Below, one piece after another: positions 11,558 to 22,194 of a stretch of 64,000 bases of DNA; position 1 is the stretch's first letter; every line of letters starts with the position of its first letter. The notes under the pieces were generated by a model. It was not told the origin of the DNA and did not search any database. It was given only the letters and a program-made list of their open reading frames with translations. Position numbers and translations under genes: made by a program. The DNA comes from a virus, in IMG/VR virus record IMGVR_UViG_3300025652_000049, positions 1 through 64,000 of that record; one strand, written 5' to 3'.

Positions 11558-14203
11558 TTAATTTTGATCTATTGGTGTTCCATCTGGCCATAGACCTGCC
11601 GAAGCCATTGTAGCAGATTCAGGAACTACTGTATATGGATTTACCCCTCCAGGAAACACACTAGGGTCAGTATTCTCATCCCTATCTTCCATCAATCCTT
11701 TTTGTAAAGGAAAAGGTGGTGGTGGTCCTGAGTTGTTTTGTTTTATTATAGGTGGCAACCCTGAGTTATTAGGTGTATTTCTAGGGTCTCCACTAATTGA
11801 ATTATTAAAGCCCGGTGTCATAAAACTAAGGTCATTACCAATTGCTGCTCTTTCTTTTTGAGCTTTAGCATTGTTTAATGTCTCTCTGTCCGTAGATAAA
11901 AGACCATAGTTACCTTCTTTAGAAGCTAAATCTATATTATCCATTGATACATTTTCAGGATTTATATCTGGATTCTGTTCTAAGTAATCAATGTATTCAA
12001 AAACTTTCGAAGGATCCTTTACTTGGTCAATAAATTTATTTGCCGCTGCTCTTTGATTAGGGTTGAGGTTTTGCATTTTACCACTATAACCTTGCATTTT
12101 AGCTTCGAGTGCATCCGTTTTAGACTTCTTCATATCAAAAGCGCTTTTTGTTCCTGGTTTACCAGTACCATCATCTTTAGCTTTAGGGTCAAATCCAAAC
12201 ATTCTTTTCATAAGAAAACTTTCGTACATAGAATTTGCACTTCCCGGACCATTGTCGCGTTGGTACTTTAAACCTTCCATGAGTTTTTCCATTCCAGCAG
12301 TAGCTAAATCTCGTCCTCTTTTTTGATTGTCCTTAGCTTCTCCAAATTCAATAGCATGATTTGCTATATCCCTTCTAGTGTCAAACTCATTGATATACTG
12401 CATTACGTTTCCGTATTTTTCAAATGCTTTTTCTTTAGCTGCATAGTCGGCTGCTTGAATTGCAACAAGACCTTTTGTTTGTTGAGCCTGTAATCCAGCA
12501 ACATTTCCAAGTACTACAGCAGCGTTACCACCAGAAGCATTTGTGATAGCCATTAAGCCACCTTGCATCGCATCTGCTAATTCTGCTTTCATAGCTGCTT
12601 CAACCTCAACAGGAAGTCCATGGTGTGCTCTCTTAGACATTTCAGCAGCATATACCTTTATTGCTTCTGAAACTTCTTCAGTACGTAAAGGTATCTTAGC
12701 ATCTTTGGCTTGTTGGTTTCCAATAAGCCCCATTCCTAATCCCATGATAGCATCAATAGGAAGTTCCTGTTTTCTATCATTGTAATCAATACTGCCATCT
12801 TTAACCCCCAACAAACCTAATTGCTGATTGAAGTAATCGGTACCAGTATTATCAAAATCTTCTTTTGCTTTTTCTGCTACTTTTTCTTCTTCAGTTTTTT
12901 CTTCTTCTGCTACTTTTTCCTCTTCTTTAACTGGTGGTTTATAGATTTTTTCTCTTTCAATAGTAATTTCCTTCCTTTTGTTTTTAGGATATATTTTTTC
13001 TAAATTTTTAAATTGGATTTTTGTTTCAGAACCGGGTCCGACATTATGACCAAAAATAGTATCCATAAAATCAATATCAGTATCTACATTAGATTTATCG
13101 TCATTAAGATTAAACGAAATTTCTTTGCCTGACATTTTTTTATACTCACTGGCAAATAGAGTTTGCATTTCATCAATATTAAAAGTAGGAGACATTCCTT
13201 TTTTCCCTTTTGTTAATTCAGGGTATCTCTCTAACATTTTATTATACTGCTCTATGTCTCCGGGCTGTAAGTTTGGAAAAACTGCCGTTTTACCTAAAGT
13301 GTATTTACCATCCTTTCCTTTGATTTTATTTACACGAAGTTTTTCAATAACACTTTGTAGTTCTTCAAACTCAGCAAATTCTTGAGAATTAAATTCATTT
13401 TCAGATTCAATAACTTCATTTAAAAAATCTTGATGACCTGCTTCAGTAGCATCTTTATATAATTGCTTTCTAAGAACTTCACCGGCGCCTTGCTCAATGT
13501 CACCATCTTTAATCATTTGAGTGATCTGCGCATCTCTTTGTCTAAGGTCTTTTTTAGTCACCTCTTTCTTAACCAAAAAACCCTTTTCTTCTTTTGTTAA
13601 TTCAACAGATTTTTTATTGTTAACAGATTCTTCTATTTTTCCAGTAACATAGTCATTTGTTGTTATAGGCGTTCTACCTGCTTCCTTAAGACCTTCGTTG
13701 TATTTTCTAAGATATGTTCTTCCAGAAGCATTTGTTGAGGTTTCTTCTATTAGATTCCCTGAACTAATAGAACTTCTAGCAACGCTTGGAGGTTGAAAAT
13801 GGAATTGACTAGCCATTTCACCCATAGTTAATCCGGCGGGGTTTTTATCTATCATTGATTTAGCTTGAGGTAAAAGAACTTCATTTGCATAATAACCAAA
13901 ATAAGCCTCTTGTAAAGCTGGAGAGTTTTTAAAATCTTCCATAGATTCTACTTTTCCAAAAACACCTTTTTTTGAAGCAGCAAATTCTTTAATACCCATC
14001 ATAGATCCTGTCTTAGAAAACCATTCTTTTAAGAATTGATATTTTCCAGTAGCACTAGAATCTGGCTTGCCATCTTTATTTTTATCACCAGCTAAAGTTG
14101 TATAAGGATTCGGATAACCACCGGTTTCTATTTTAGCAATTCCAACTCTTAAGTTTTCTATAATCGCTTTATCTCTTTCGGATATTGGTTTTTTATCAGG
14201 CAT
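11558..14203 (-). CDS. Internal virion/ejection protein with N-terminal lysozyme-like (lytic transglycosylase/muramidase) domain
   Basis: IAKIETGG...SSATGKYQFL..W motif at the N-terminus; Ala/Gly-rich helical central region; position in the cargo cluster. Confidence 0.72.
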   Translation of the reverse strand: MPDKKPISERDKAIIENLRVGIAKIETGGYPNPYTTLAGDKNKDGKPDSSATGKYQFLKEWFSKTGSMMGIKEFAASKKGVFGKVESMEDFKNSPALQEAYFGYYANEVLLPQAKSMIDKNPAGLTMGEMASQFHFQPPSVARSSISSGNLIEETSTNASGRTYLRKYNEGLKEAGRTPITTNDYVTGKIEESVNNKKSVELTKEEKGFLVKKEVTKKDLRQRDAQITQMIKDGDIEQGAGEVLRKQLYKDATEAGHQDFLNEVIESENEFNSQEFAEFEELQSVIEKLRVNKIKGKDGKYTLGKTAVFPNLQPGDIEQYNKMLERYPELTKGKKGMSPTFNIDEMQTLFASEYKKMSGKEISFNLNDDKSNVDTDIDFMDTIFGHNVGPGSETKIQFKNLEKIYPKNKRKEITIEREKIYKPPVKEEEKVAEEEKTEEEKVAEKAKEDFDNTGTDYFNQQLGLLGVKDGSIDYNDRKQELPIDAIMGLGMGLIGNQQAKDAKIPLRTEEVSEAIKVYAAEMSKRAHHGLPVEVEAAMKAELADAMQGGLMAITNASGGNAAVVLGNVAGLQAQQTKGLVAIQAADYAAKEKAFEKYGNVMQYINEFDTRRDIANHAIEFGEAKDNQKRGRDLATAGMEKLMEGLKYQRDNGPGSANSMYESFLMKRMFGFDPKAKDDGTGKPGTKSAFDMKKSKTDALEAKMQGYSGKMQNLNPNQRAAANKFIDQVKDPSKVFEYIDYLEQNPDINPENVSMDNIDLASKEGNYGLLSTDRETLNNAKAQKERAAIGNDLSFMTPGFNNSISGDPRNTPNNSGLPPIIKQNNSGPPPPFPLQKGLMEDRDENTDPSVFPGGVNPYTVVPESATMASAGLWPDGTPIDQN

Positions 14204-14221
14204 GATACTACATTTTTATTA

Positions 14222-15019
14222 TTAACTAAGACCTAGTTGTTTTTTTCTAAGTTGTTTTAAATTTTCCATTGAAGCAAGACCTTCGGACATTTTATATTCT
14301 TGCTCGCTTTCCTTTCTTTCTAAAAGGGTTTGTTTCTTAAATCTTTTAGCGTATTCTGCCTGACGTGTTTTAAGACGGTCAGCATGTATCATCTGACCAG
14401 CTAGACCAGGTGCAAGAAATGAGGCCGCAGTAGCTAACGCTTTATCACCACCAGACATATTACTTTCTTGAACATTCATAACGCTTGAAGATGGAGAAAA
14501 CATCGCTTGAGATACAGCACCTCCTTCTTCTCCATGAGTGGCTGTTGCAATTCCAATACCTGCTTTTTCAATACCTCTAAAAACTCCTGCCATTGGAATT
14601 GCTTTACCAACGGCATCTTTAGTTGCATTCATTGCATTATTGTATTGCTCTTGTTTGCCCGATCCTTCATACTTGTTTTTTGCATCATAAGCATTGGGAG
14701 ATGGAAGAGCGTTACCCATTTCTCCAGCAGCAGCACCATACTTTTTAAGACCTTCTCTAAAACCATTTTTAGCATCTGGAGGCATGTCAAATTCTTGTCC
14801 GGAAAGCTCGCTGTTGAAATCTTTTCCCATCAAACCTATACCTCCATTAGAAGTATTTGACGTCATGCTCTGTTTTGAATTTTTCTGCCAACCACCATAC
14901 ATACCATCGCTTGTAGAAGACAAAGATTGTGGTGCATTTTCTAATTCTAAACCAGTCGTGTTTGCTTTGTCGGTATCACCAAATCGACCTAAAAAACTAC
15001 TTAATCCTGCTCCTAACAT
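14222..15019 (-). CDS. Small ejection/cargo protein with Gly/Ala-rich putative membrane helices
   Basis: 265 aa; amphipathic G/A-rich segments; directly follows the tail stabiliser gene. Confidence 0.5.
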   Translation of the reverse strand: MLGAGLSSFLGRFGDTDKANTTGLELENAPQSLSSTSDGMYGGWQKNSKQSMTSNTSNGGIGLMGKDFNSELSGQEFDMPPDAKNGFREGLKKYGAAAGEMGNALPSPNAYDAKNKYEGSGKQEQYNNAMNATKDAVGKAIPMAGVFRGIEKAGIGIATATHGEEGGAVSQAMFSPSSSVMNVQESNMSGGDKALATAASFLAPGLAGQMIHADRLKTRQAEYAKRFKKQTLLERKESEQEYKMSEGLASMENLKQLRKKQLGLS

Positions 15020-15029
15020 AATGTTTTAT

Positions 15030-18000
15030 TTAAAGGTGGCTTACTCTTAAACTATTTAATACTGCTAAGATATCAACTTTATTCTGATTTAAGCTCTCAG
15101 CTGTTATTTCAACATACACCCATTTACCTCTAACACTACCTGATTGTTCTATATCATCGGTATCATTAATTGCCGGCACTGTATGTGTTCCTTCTCTGAT
15201 TCTATAAGCATCATGAGTACCTAATATCATTCTGTCATATCCTAGATTAGATTTAAAGAATACAGATTTAATAGGATAATCTAAATTGGTAACCATACCC
15301 CATTGTCTATAAAGAAATATTGTTTCGGTATTCGCGTGAATGTAAAAACCTAATGTAAGTTCTTTTTGTACTTCAAAGAAATTAAGGATATCACCAGCAT
15401 TTAATTGATGTAATCTTGCGCTTTCTAAATCAACTCCCGAAGTACCTGTTGTGATTGGTGCATAAACTTTTTCTTTAAAGGTTATGTACATATCATTATC
15501 ATACTCAAAGTCACCATTAAACTTCTGACTTACTTCATTATAAGATAACATAAAATTAGTTCCATCTTTAGTTCTTAGACGAATACCTGTTTCTTTATTT
15601 TCATGGTCGTAGTAAGCTTCAGTATCTATGACTGGATTTTTCTTTAACTGCTCTAGGTATAATAGATGAAGTAAGTTTTTAACTAACAACGGATCTTTAC
15701 CTCTTACAAACTCATTTTTAGTTTCATCAAAAAATGTAAACCCAAAATCTCCATTAGCAACAGCTCGACGTATAGCAGTACCATATTTACTTATAATCTT
15801 ATGACCGTCTATAATAGTTCCAGAACCTTGCTGTACATTTATAGAGCCTCCATCTTGGTCTGAAATAACTCTATCCATACCAACATAAATAAGTGAAGTC
15901 TGCTTGCCTTGTATTGCGTATACGTTATCATCATATCTAAATATGTTTGAAACATCACCCTTATTCTTTTCTAATAAAGCATAGAAGTTGTTTACTTTAA
16001 AAACTGTCCAAGCATCATAAGGATCTCCAGCTAACTTAACATCGGAAACGGCAATAACGTTACCCCTGTTTGGGTCGTTCTTTAAATCAAATGGTTTCGG
16101 AATATATGTTTTTATATTATTCTCATTAAAGTATGCATTGTTGATTATTTCGTTTCTAGTAGTATTGAAACTGTGTTTTGAATTAACTCTATAAAATTCA
16201 TATCCATAGGTTAACTTAGGCTCTACTTGTGATTCTAAAACAAAAAGATAAGTCCAAGCACCGTTACGTTGCCAAACCTCTATATCTCCTGATTGTCTAC
16301 CATTACCATGATTATTATAACCTCTTTCTTCAACTGGATCAGTACCCCAATCATTTTTAGTTCTAATACTTAAAGTAACATAAACATCAGCACCTACATC
16401 AAAAAACTGTGCATTATTAGAAGATTTTAAAACAGGTATTGTTTTACTAAGTGGTATGTATGTATTTGCAGTATAAGCCTGTTTTGTCCGACCACCAAAT
16501 ATAGATTCTCTGTTGTTTCTAAAAAGAGTTATTAATGGAAGGCTATCATAAACAACATGATTATCATCTCCTAGTCTTATTTGTGAATTTACAGTATGAA
16601 TGTCTGGACCAACCACAACAGGACTAAATACATCTGTAACAGTTTTTATAATAACAGTTGGATAACCAGGGGAAGTAATTGCACCTCCAAATATTTCAGA
16701 TTTTACACGACCATCTATATAATCCCATTTTCTTTGAAAATTACCATAGTACCAAGGCTGCGATTGCATCATAACAGCATTGTTAGAAACATCATTGGTT
16801 ACTCCAAAAGCAAAGCCTGAGATGCTAACACCTCTTTCTAGACTTTCAGCACTATCAATAACATGTTCAATAGGCCCATTAATTACTTGTACGTATTTTG
16901 AAAACACTGAAACATTAACAAAATGAGTTTCCCATGTTTCATTGTAATCTTCTTCTCGTGCAAATCTTGGTAAATCTCCTTGATAGTTTTCTCCATCAAC
17001 TTCTTGTTCAAGTATTTTTCTAGAAAACTTAGGATAAACCTCATCGCCAAAGTTAAAACCACTACCTCCAGAAACATCACCGCCTCTTTCTCTAATAACT
17101 CCGGGTGTGTGATCAGTGTTTAAAACAGCATAGATTTGAAGTTTGCACTTCTCTACATACTGGTCAGATATCTTACCGTAGATTATATCTGGTGAATCAA
17201 AATACATTAAAGACCTATTAACCATAGTTCTTTTTAAATACTCTATATCATCTGTGTATTGATAATCTTCACCATAAGTATCATAATTTATAAGTCCTTG
17301 CTTTTCATATGTAGGGCCTCCATTGTAAGGAATATTCCATTTGTTTTGAATAGCGGTAGGCATTTCGTTTTGTGGCTTACCATTTGTTTGAACTCTAGAT
17401 AATGGGGCTGAGATACCACGACACAAAATAGTTCTATTATCTTCAGTTCTTTCTACATAGACAATTTGATACATTGGTATTACTTCTTGCAACTCACAAG
17501 ACAATCTAACCTCTATATGCATTTTAATTCCATGTCCATAAAGAGTATCACCTACTACGCTTTGATTAAGATACCTACTAGAAGATATGATTATGTTACC
17601 TGAGTCTGTAATTTCTTTTTTTAATTCTCCCATATTCGGAATCATTAAATCTCCTAAAGGAATTACAAAGTATTTTGTAGAATCAGAATTATATATCTGA
17701 AGTCCTATTCTATAAAGTTCACCTTTCATACAAAACTTTACTCCTGTTGGCTCTATATAATCAACCAATGTTCCAGTACCGTCATAAATGCCAGTGGCTT
17801 TTTTCATTAAAGGCTCTGTAAACTCTCTGTAAGTTACACGTAACCCATTTCCTTGGTCGAACCCAATACTTTTACCTCCATATACCAAAGAATCTAAATC
17901 AACCGTTACAGGTAGGAATTGAATGTCATTATCAAATGTTTCTACATACTGATCGTTATTTGATTCAAACACATAACTACTCATGTCTGTTTGAATTAAA

Positions 18001-19682
18001 TCATTAGTTGGTTTTAGTAGCAATTGTCCATTAATTTTCTCAACCGTTAGGTTTGGGAAATATGATGCGAAAAGTATATTATTAGCTTGTTGGTCAATTA
18101 ACCAATCAGCTACTAAAACAGTAATGTTCGTATAATTAGCAAGTCCTAAGTCAGAAAATATAATTGTAACCTCATCCGAAGTTACACTGTTTTTGAAAGT
18201 TAAACCTAATGGCCCAAAGCAAGATATGTTTCTATATACTTTTTGTTTGATATAAACTAAAGGCTCTGTATTTGTAGGGTCTATGTATCTATACTTCCAA
18301 GGCTCTGGATTAAGAATACAGTCATGAGTAGCGCCAGTATCATCCCATCCATGAAGAGGGAATAAGTATTCAAGATTTGCAACAGACGTTGGTATTGGTT
18401 GGTCACGTAGCCCAGCCGCGATTAATTTGTTTTTCTTAGAAGTGAAATCATTACAATACTTCCAAGTGTTTTTATAATTTATAATATCATTAAAAGTAAT
18501 GTTATCGGCAAACTCAGCTTCATTACCAAAGTGATCAAATTCTACAACTGATTTTACCGGCTTACGTCCTAAATTACGAATCGCCGTAGGAGGTCCAAAT
18601 GCCTCTAATTCTATAGCAACACATTCTACTTCCGCAGAATCTTCAGGATCTATAAGATTTACTTTTATTCGAACTTTTTTATCAGTAGCTTCTGAAAAGT
18701 CACCCCCTCTAAATTCAACAGGAGTATTTTCAACAAGTATTCTTTGTACTTCTGAAGTAGGTGAGAATTCACTTAACTGTCCGTTTTCTGAAATAATACG
18801 ATAACTATAAACAACAGTCATTGATTTTATTTGTCCTCCTTCTTCTATGTTTAATACTTCTGGTTGAAGTAATACATTGTTTAATACCTGGTTAAATTCA
18901 TCTGACGTTCTTGATGGCAAATTAACATCATGAAGATTTACAACTCTTCTTACATTAAAAGCATCAGTATAATAAACTGGCTTTCTGAATTTGTTTTCCT
19001 CAACTCCTTCAGTAGTTATTTTTGCTTCTACAGGCCAATTCTGAGCTCCTATCCACCTTAATTCTCCAACAAGGTTGTAATTGTCATTTAATCTCATGCT
19101 GTAAATAGCATCCCAATAAATTTCATTGTTTACTGGAACCTCAGCAATATTAATAGAACATGCAATTGGATTTTGAACATTAGCGTTTACTCCGTAATAT
19201 TCTGAAAAATCAATTTGATCATCAGTACCTCCATCACAAACAAGATTATCTTCGAATTCTGTTTCAGATGGTGGATTTATTATTTTATTATAAGTACTTG
19301 TTGCTTCAATTGAATTAACAGAAAACTCATCTACTATATCTATTTCCGTAGCTCCAACAGAATCTACGGTTATAGTAAATAAGTCACTATTTATTGTTGA
19401 GATATCTTCTGTTATTACAACAGGCTCTTTTGACCCACCTTTTAAAACTTTTGCAAAAACAACTATTTCATCTTCGAAAACATGAACTCCTAGATATTTA
19501 ACTATCTCTGTATTTTGATAAATAAGTTTTGATCCAACACCTCCGGAGAAAGAGAAAACTCCATCTTTAGAATAGAGTCTACCGTTAGTTGCTTTTTGGT
19601 AAGTGTTTTTAGCCTCAGCCGCATTAGTTAAATCTGAAGAGTAACCACCTTCTAATGTTTTGACTAGGTTAAAATTTACCAT
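15030..19682 (-). CDS. Tail stabilisation / muzzle protein (P22 gp10-like, crAss Tstab)
   Basis: 1550 aa, beta-rich; N-terminal GGYSSD..YQKATNGR, YYTD..N..R, and C-terminal REG..VP...VRGKW..V pattern typical of crAss Tstab. Confidence 0.8.
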   Translation of the reverse strand: MVNFNLVKTLEGGYSSDLTNAAEAKNTYQKATNGRLYSKDGVFSFSGGVGSKLIYQNTEIVKYLGVHVFEDEIVVFAKVLKGGSKEPVVITEDISTINSDLFTITVDSVGATEIDIVDEFSVNSIEATSTYNKIINPPSETEFEDNLVCDGGTDDQIDFSEYYGVNANVQNPIACSINIAEVPVNNEIYWDAIYSMRLNDNYNLVGELRWIGAQNWPVEAKITTEGVEENKFRKPVYYTDAFNVRRVVNLHDVNLPSRTSDEFNQVLNNVLLQPEVLNIEEGGQIKSMTVVYSYRIISENGQLSEFSPTSEVQRILVENTPVEFRGGDFSEATDKKVRIKVNLIDPEDSAEVECVAIELEAFGPPTAIRNLGRKPVKSVVEFDHFGNEAEFADNITFNDIINYKNTWKYCNDFTSKKNKLIAAGLRDQPIPTSVANLEYLFPLHGWDDTGATHDCILNPEPWKYRYIDPTNTEPLVYIKQKVYRNISCFGPLGLTFKNSVTSDEVTIIFSDLGLANYTNITVLVADWLIDQQANNILFASYFPNLTVEKINGQLLLKPTNDLIQTDMSSYVFESNNDQYVETFDNDIQFLPVTVDLDSLVYGGKSIGFDQGNGLRVTYREFTEPLMKKATGIYDGTGTLVDYIEPTGVKFCMKGELYRIGLQIYNSDSTKYFVIPLGDLMIPNMGELKKEITDSGNIIISSSRYLNQSVVGDTLYGHGIKMHIEVRLSCELQEVIPMYQIVYVERTEDNRTILCRGISAPLSRVQTNGKPQNEMPTAIQNKWNIPYNGGPTYEKQGLINYDTYGEDYQYTDDIEYLKRTMVNRSLMYFDSPDIIYGKISDQYVEKCKLQIYAVLNTDHTPGVIRERGGDVSGGSGFNFGDEVYPKFSRKILEQEVDGENYQGDLPRFAREEDYNETWETHFVNVSVFSKYVQVINGPIEHVIDSAESLERGVSISGFAFGVTNDVSNNAVMMQSQPWYYGNFQRKWDYIDGRVKSEIFGGAITSPGYPTVIIKTVTDVFSPVVVGPDIHTVNSQIRLGDDNHVVYDSLPLITLFRNNRESIFGGRTKQAYTANTYIPLSKTIPVLKSSNNAQFFDVGADVYVTLSIRTKNDWGTDPVEERGYNNHGNGRQSGDIEVWQRNGAWTYLFVLESQVEPKLTYGYEFYRVNSKHSFNTTRNEIINNAYFNENNIKTYIPKPFDLKNDPNRGNVIAVSDVKLAGDPYDAWTVFKVNNFYALLEKNKGDVSNIFRYDDNVYAIQGKQTSLIYVGMDRVISDQDGGSINVQQGSGTIIDGHKIISKYGTAIRRAVANGDFGFTFFDETKNEFVRGKDPLLVKNLLHLLYLEQLKKNPVIDTEAYYDHENKETGIRLRTKDGTNFMLSYNEVSQKFNGDFEYDNDMYITFKEKVYAPITTGTSGVDLESARLHQLNAGDILNFFEVQKELTLGFYIHANTETIFLYRQWGMVTNLDYPIKSVFFKSNLGYDRMILGTHDAYRIREGTHTVPAINDTDDIEQSGSVRGKWVYVEITAESLNQNKVDILAVLNSLRVSHL

Positions 19683-19705
19683 TTTAAAGTGTTTTATATT
19701 CTATT

Positions 19706-19713
19706 CAAAATTA
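19706..19713 (-). promoter_or_regulatory. Bacteroidota sigma70-type -7 element (TAATTTTG) upstream of Tstab
   Basis: Matches TAnnTTTG, about 25 nt upstream of ATG 19682. Confidence 0.55.
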
Positions 19714-19724
19714 CTAATTTATTT

Positions 19725-20168
19725 TTAGATAAGTATAATCATTAAAGCTGCTGTAATTAATCCTCCAATAAAACCGCTAAGACCCCACCATATCTTTTGT
19801 GACTTCTGTTTCTTAACTTGTCCTTCAAGGCTTCCTATTTCTAATTTATTATTGACATTATTAAGAGAATCTTTTTTAGCCAAACTTCTTATATTCCCTT
19901 CTAAGATGGGAATTGTAACAACTTCTAATTGGTGAATGATTAATTGATCAGAAGCTTCAATCATTTTTAAAGCATCAATACGCATTTCTAACGTAATGAC
20001 CTCTTTCTTTTGCAAGTTATACGCTTCAAGTAATTTAGCGAATTCACCAAGCTTCTCATAAGTAATGTCTCTATTTTCGGAATAGAAAGTCGTTTGCGAG
20101 TGAATCCAAGTACTGTTGAGTATAAAGCTTATAAAGAATAACATCGTAATCTTTTTGAAGGGCTTCAT
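19725..20168 (-). CDS. Putative spanin-like protein (signal peptide, coiled coil, C-terminal TM)
   Basis: Overlaps the preceding TM/coiled-coil ORF in an Rz/Rz1-like manner; no lipobox Cys. Confidence 0.45.
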   Translation of the reverse strand: MKPFKKITMLFFISFILNSTWIHSQTTFYSENRDITYEKLGEFAKLLEAYNLQKKEVITLEMRIDALKMIEASDQLIIHQLEVVTIPILEGNIRSLAKKDSLNNVNNKLEIGSLEGQVKKQKSQKIWWGLSGFIGGLITAALMIILI

Positions 20169-20448
20169 ATTTTCGTTTCCATTTTAAGTCTGCATTAATA
20201 TAAACTATTTTACTTTCTCTAATTTTCCGAATAGAATCATCGCTTTTAAGCCTGTCTCTTTCGCCTCTCGCGATCAAAGTATCTTCTATAACGATTAAGC
20301 TATCATTACTGCTTTTCCATTGCTCTACGATGTCTTTGTGCATTTTCCATCCTAAACCACCGCCACCTAAAGAAAGTAGAAAGAGGCACCCTAAAATCAC
20401 TATCCCGATAATCAAATACTTTTTAGAATTATCCGCTCTCTCTTGCAT
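20071..20448 (-). CDS. Putative i-spanin (Rz-like)
   Basis: N-terminal TM followed by coiled coil; located in the lysis cassette. Confidence 0.55.
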   Translation of the reverse strand: MQERADNSKKYLIIGIVILGCLFLLSLGGGGLGWKMHKDIVEQWKSSNDSLIVIEDTLIARGERDRLKSDDSIRKIRESKIVYINADLKWKRKYEALQKDYDVILYKLYTQQYLDSLANDFLFRK

Positions 20449-20661
20449 CTATTGTTTTGATTTAAAAACGTCCATTGACATTGCTGCAAATCCAGCCGTA
20501 ATTATACCTAGTATTAAAACGTCTGTAACATCCCCTTTCTCTTCTATAAAGTATTTAGCAACTCCCATAGCAAGACCAATAAGAACAGCGATTGTTCCCA
20601 TTACTCTCTTAGGAGATAGTTTCCCACTTGAGTCTGTAAAAAAAGTCTTTTTAGTTTCCAT
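20449..20661 (-). CDS. Putative holin (2 TM)
   Basis: 70 aa, two hydrophobic helices, GKLSPKR N-terminal motif, close to the endolysin. Confidence 0.6.
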   Translation of the reverse strand: METKKTFFTDSSGKLSPKRVMGTIAVLIGLAMGVAKYFIEEKGDVTDVLILGIITAGFAAMSMDVFKSKQ

Positions 20662-20977
20662 TTCTATGATATATTAATTCGTGATTTTTAACCTTTCTAT
20701 CTGTTCTAGAATTAATCCATCCTTGTCTAGTAACACCATCCTCTCTAACATCTGTTATTTCTCCACGAATATATTTGTCCTCTTTAATTACCTCTCCACG
20801 CAAAAGACTTATTTCTCTGTCCATATCATTGCGTAATCCTCCTACTTCAGCATCAATCTTACTACTTATCCCAACTAAACCAACCCAGATACCTCCTAAA
20901 CTAAAAGCTGCTACTATTAACATAGCTATTGCCCCTATACTTATATTTATTTTATTGTTAAATTCTGGTGGTGGCAT
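20651..20977 (-). CDS. Single-TM coiled-coil membrane protein (lysis accessory)
   Basis: N-terminal TM; lies between endolysin and holin. Confidence 0.45.
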   Translation of the reverse strand: MPPPEFNNKINISIGAIAMLIVAAFSLGGIWVGLVGISSKIDAEVGGLRNDMDREISLLRGEVIKEDKYIRGEITDVREDGVTRQGWINSRTDRKVKNHELIYHRNGN

Positions 20978-20980
20978 ATC

Positions 20981-21430
20981 TTATGGATTGAATAAATAAA
21001 CTTTTGAGTTTTTTTCCTCGTCGATGTCGTCTAAATGTACCCAAGAAACACCGTCCTCTAATCTAATTTTGAATGGGAATAATTCTGAATTACTTACAAT
21101 CCAATCCCTGACCTCCTTTGCCGTCATTTCTTTTACATCAAAATCGAACGCCCTTCCAAGTATATGCGCTGATATATATAACTGGTTTCTTTCCGCTTTA
21201 TCTCTTACAAGTGGTTGGATATTTGTCCTAAGACCTCTCTGCTCTCTACTTCCGCTATTTACTGTAATAGGCTTATCTATATTAACTCTTACAATAAGCA
21301 ATGCGTGTAGTGCATTCGTTCCAAAGAACCTCCACGCTTTATCACCGTACTTCTTAAAAGTTCTACTACCTACAAGTTCGTGTATTCCAAAATACTTTTT
21401 AATTTCAGTTAAAATTTCTGTTCTTGTCAT
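20981..21430 (-). CDS. Endolysin, peptidase M15 (Zn D-Ala/L-Ala-D-Glu peptidase fold)
   Basis: SAHILGRAFDF and WVHLD zinc-ligand motifs. Confidence 0.85.
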   Translation of the reverse strand: MTRTEILTEIKKYFGIHELVGSRTFKKYGDKAWRFFGTNALHALLIVRVNIDKPITVNSGSREQRGLRTNIQPLVRDKAERNQLYISAHILGRAFDFDVKEMTAKEVRDWIVSNSELFPFKIRLEDGVSWVHLDDIDEEKNSKVYLFNP

Positions 21431-21879
21431 TGTTTTTTATTTAAAAATTCAGCTTCCCAACCATTCATTTTAGGTTTCCACATTACTATAAATTCTACCC
21501 TCTTACCACTTTTATTTACAATAGCGTGTTTTTCTCCTTTTTTAAAGTGGCAACTATTTGGAAACTCAATAAGACATTCTTTTTCTTCTGTTATAACCTC
21601 CCAAATAGCCCCTTTAGTTATCGGTATAAACTGTTCGCAACTATCTAAATGAAAGTGGGGAGGAAACACACTATCTATACCAAACTCATAAACACAAGCT
21701 GTTACGTTATCATTTCCTGTAATATCTAGTTCATACCAATAATCGTCTTTTGTACCCGGAAACTTGGTTCTTTTTTTCGGTATTACAGGAATGCTAACTT
21801 GGGGGATCTCCCGAAACCCTGCCATCATATTGAGCCGAAACCCTGCCCTTTTTTTTGATAATTCCTTTTTGTGTTTCAT
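21427..21879 (-). CDS. Cupin-domain protein
   Basis: FPPHFHLDSCEQF...KKGEKHAIVN matches cupin motifs 1 and 2. Confidence 0.75.
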   Translation of the reverse strand: MKHKKELSKKRAGFRLNMMAGFREIPQVSIPVIPKKRTKFPGTKDDYWYELDITGNDNVTACVYEFGIDSVFPPHFHLDSCEQFIPITKGAIWEVITEEKECLIEFPNSCHFKKGEKHAIVNKSGKRVEFIVMWKPKMNGWEAEFLNKKQ

Positions 21880-22166
21880 TCTTTTAACTTGTCAATCTTG
21901 TCAGAATTTTTATCTATAATCTTAACTAATTGTGTCAAAGTTATATTTACGTTTTCAATTAAAGCTATATTCTTTTCTCCCTGTAACCTTGAATAATCTC
22001 TCTCATCCTTTAATTCTGTCTTTAATAATTTATGCTCTACTTTAACGTAAGCCAATAATCCTAAAATAAAAACTATTAAAGAGTATATAATCCAAACATA
22101 TAATTGAGCTGTTCCCTCGCTTGCTGGTGGCATCGGCTCTAATTGCCACATTAAGGTTAATATCAT
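21876..22166 (-). CDS. Single-TM coiled-coil protein (possible holin/antiholin)
   Basis: One TM plus coiled coil, 96 aa. Confidence 0.4.
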   Translation of the reverse strand: MILTLMWQLEPMPPASEGTAQLYVWIIYSLIVFILGLLAYVKVEHKLLKTELKDERDYSRLQGEKNIALIENVNITLTQLVKIIDKNSDKIDKLKE

Positions 22167-22194
22167 ATTTTATTATTATGTGCTCGCTTGCTAC

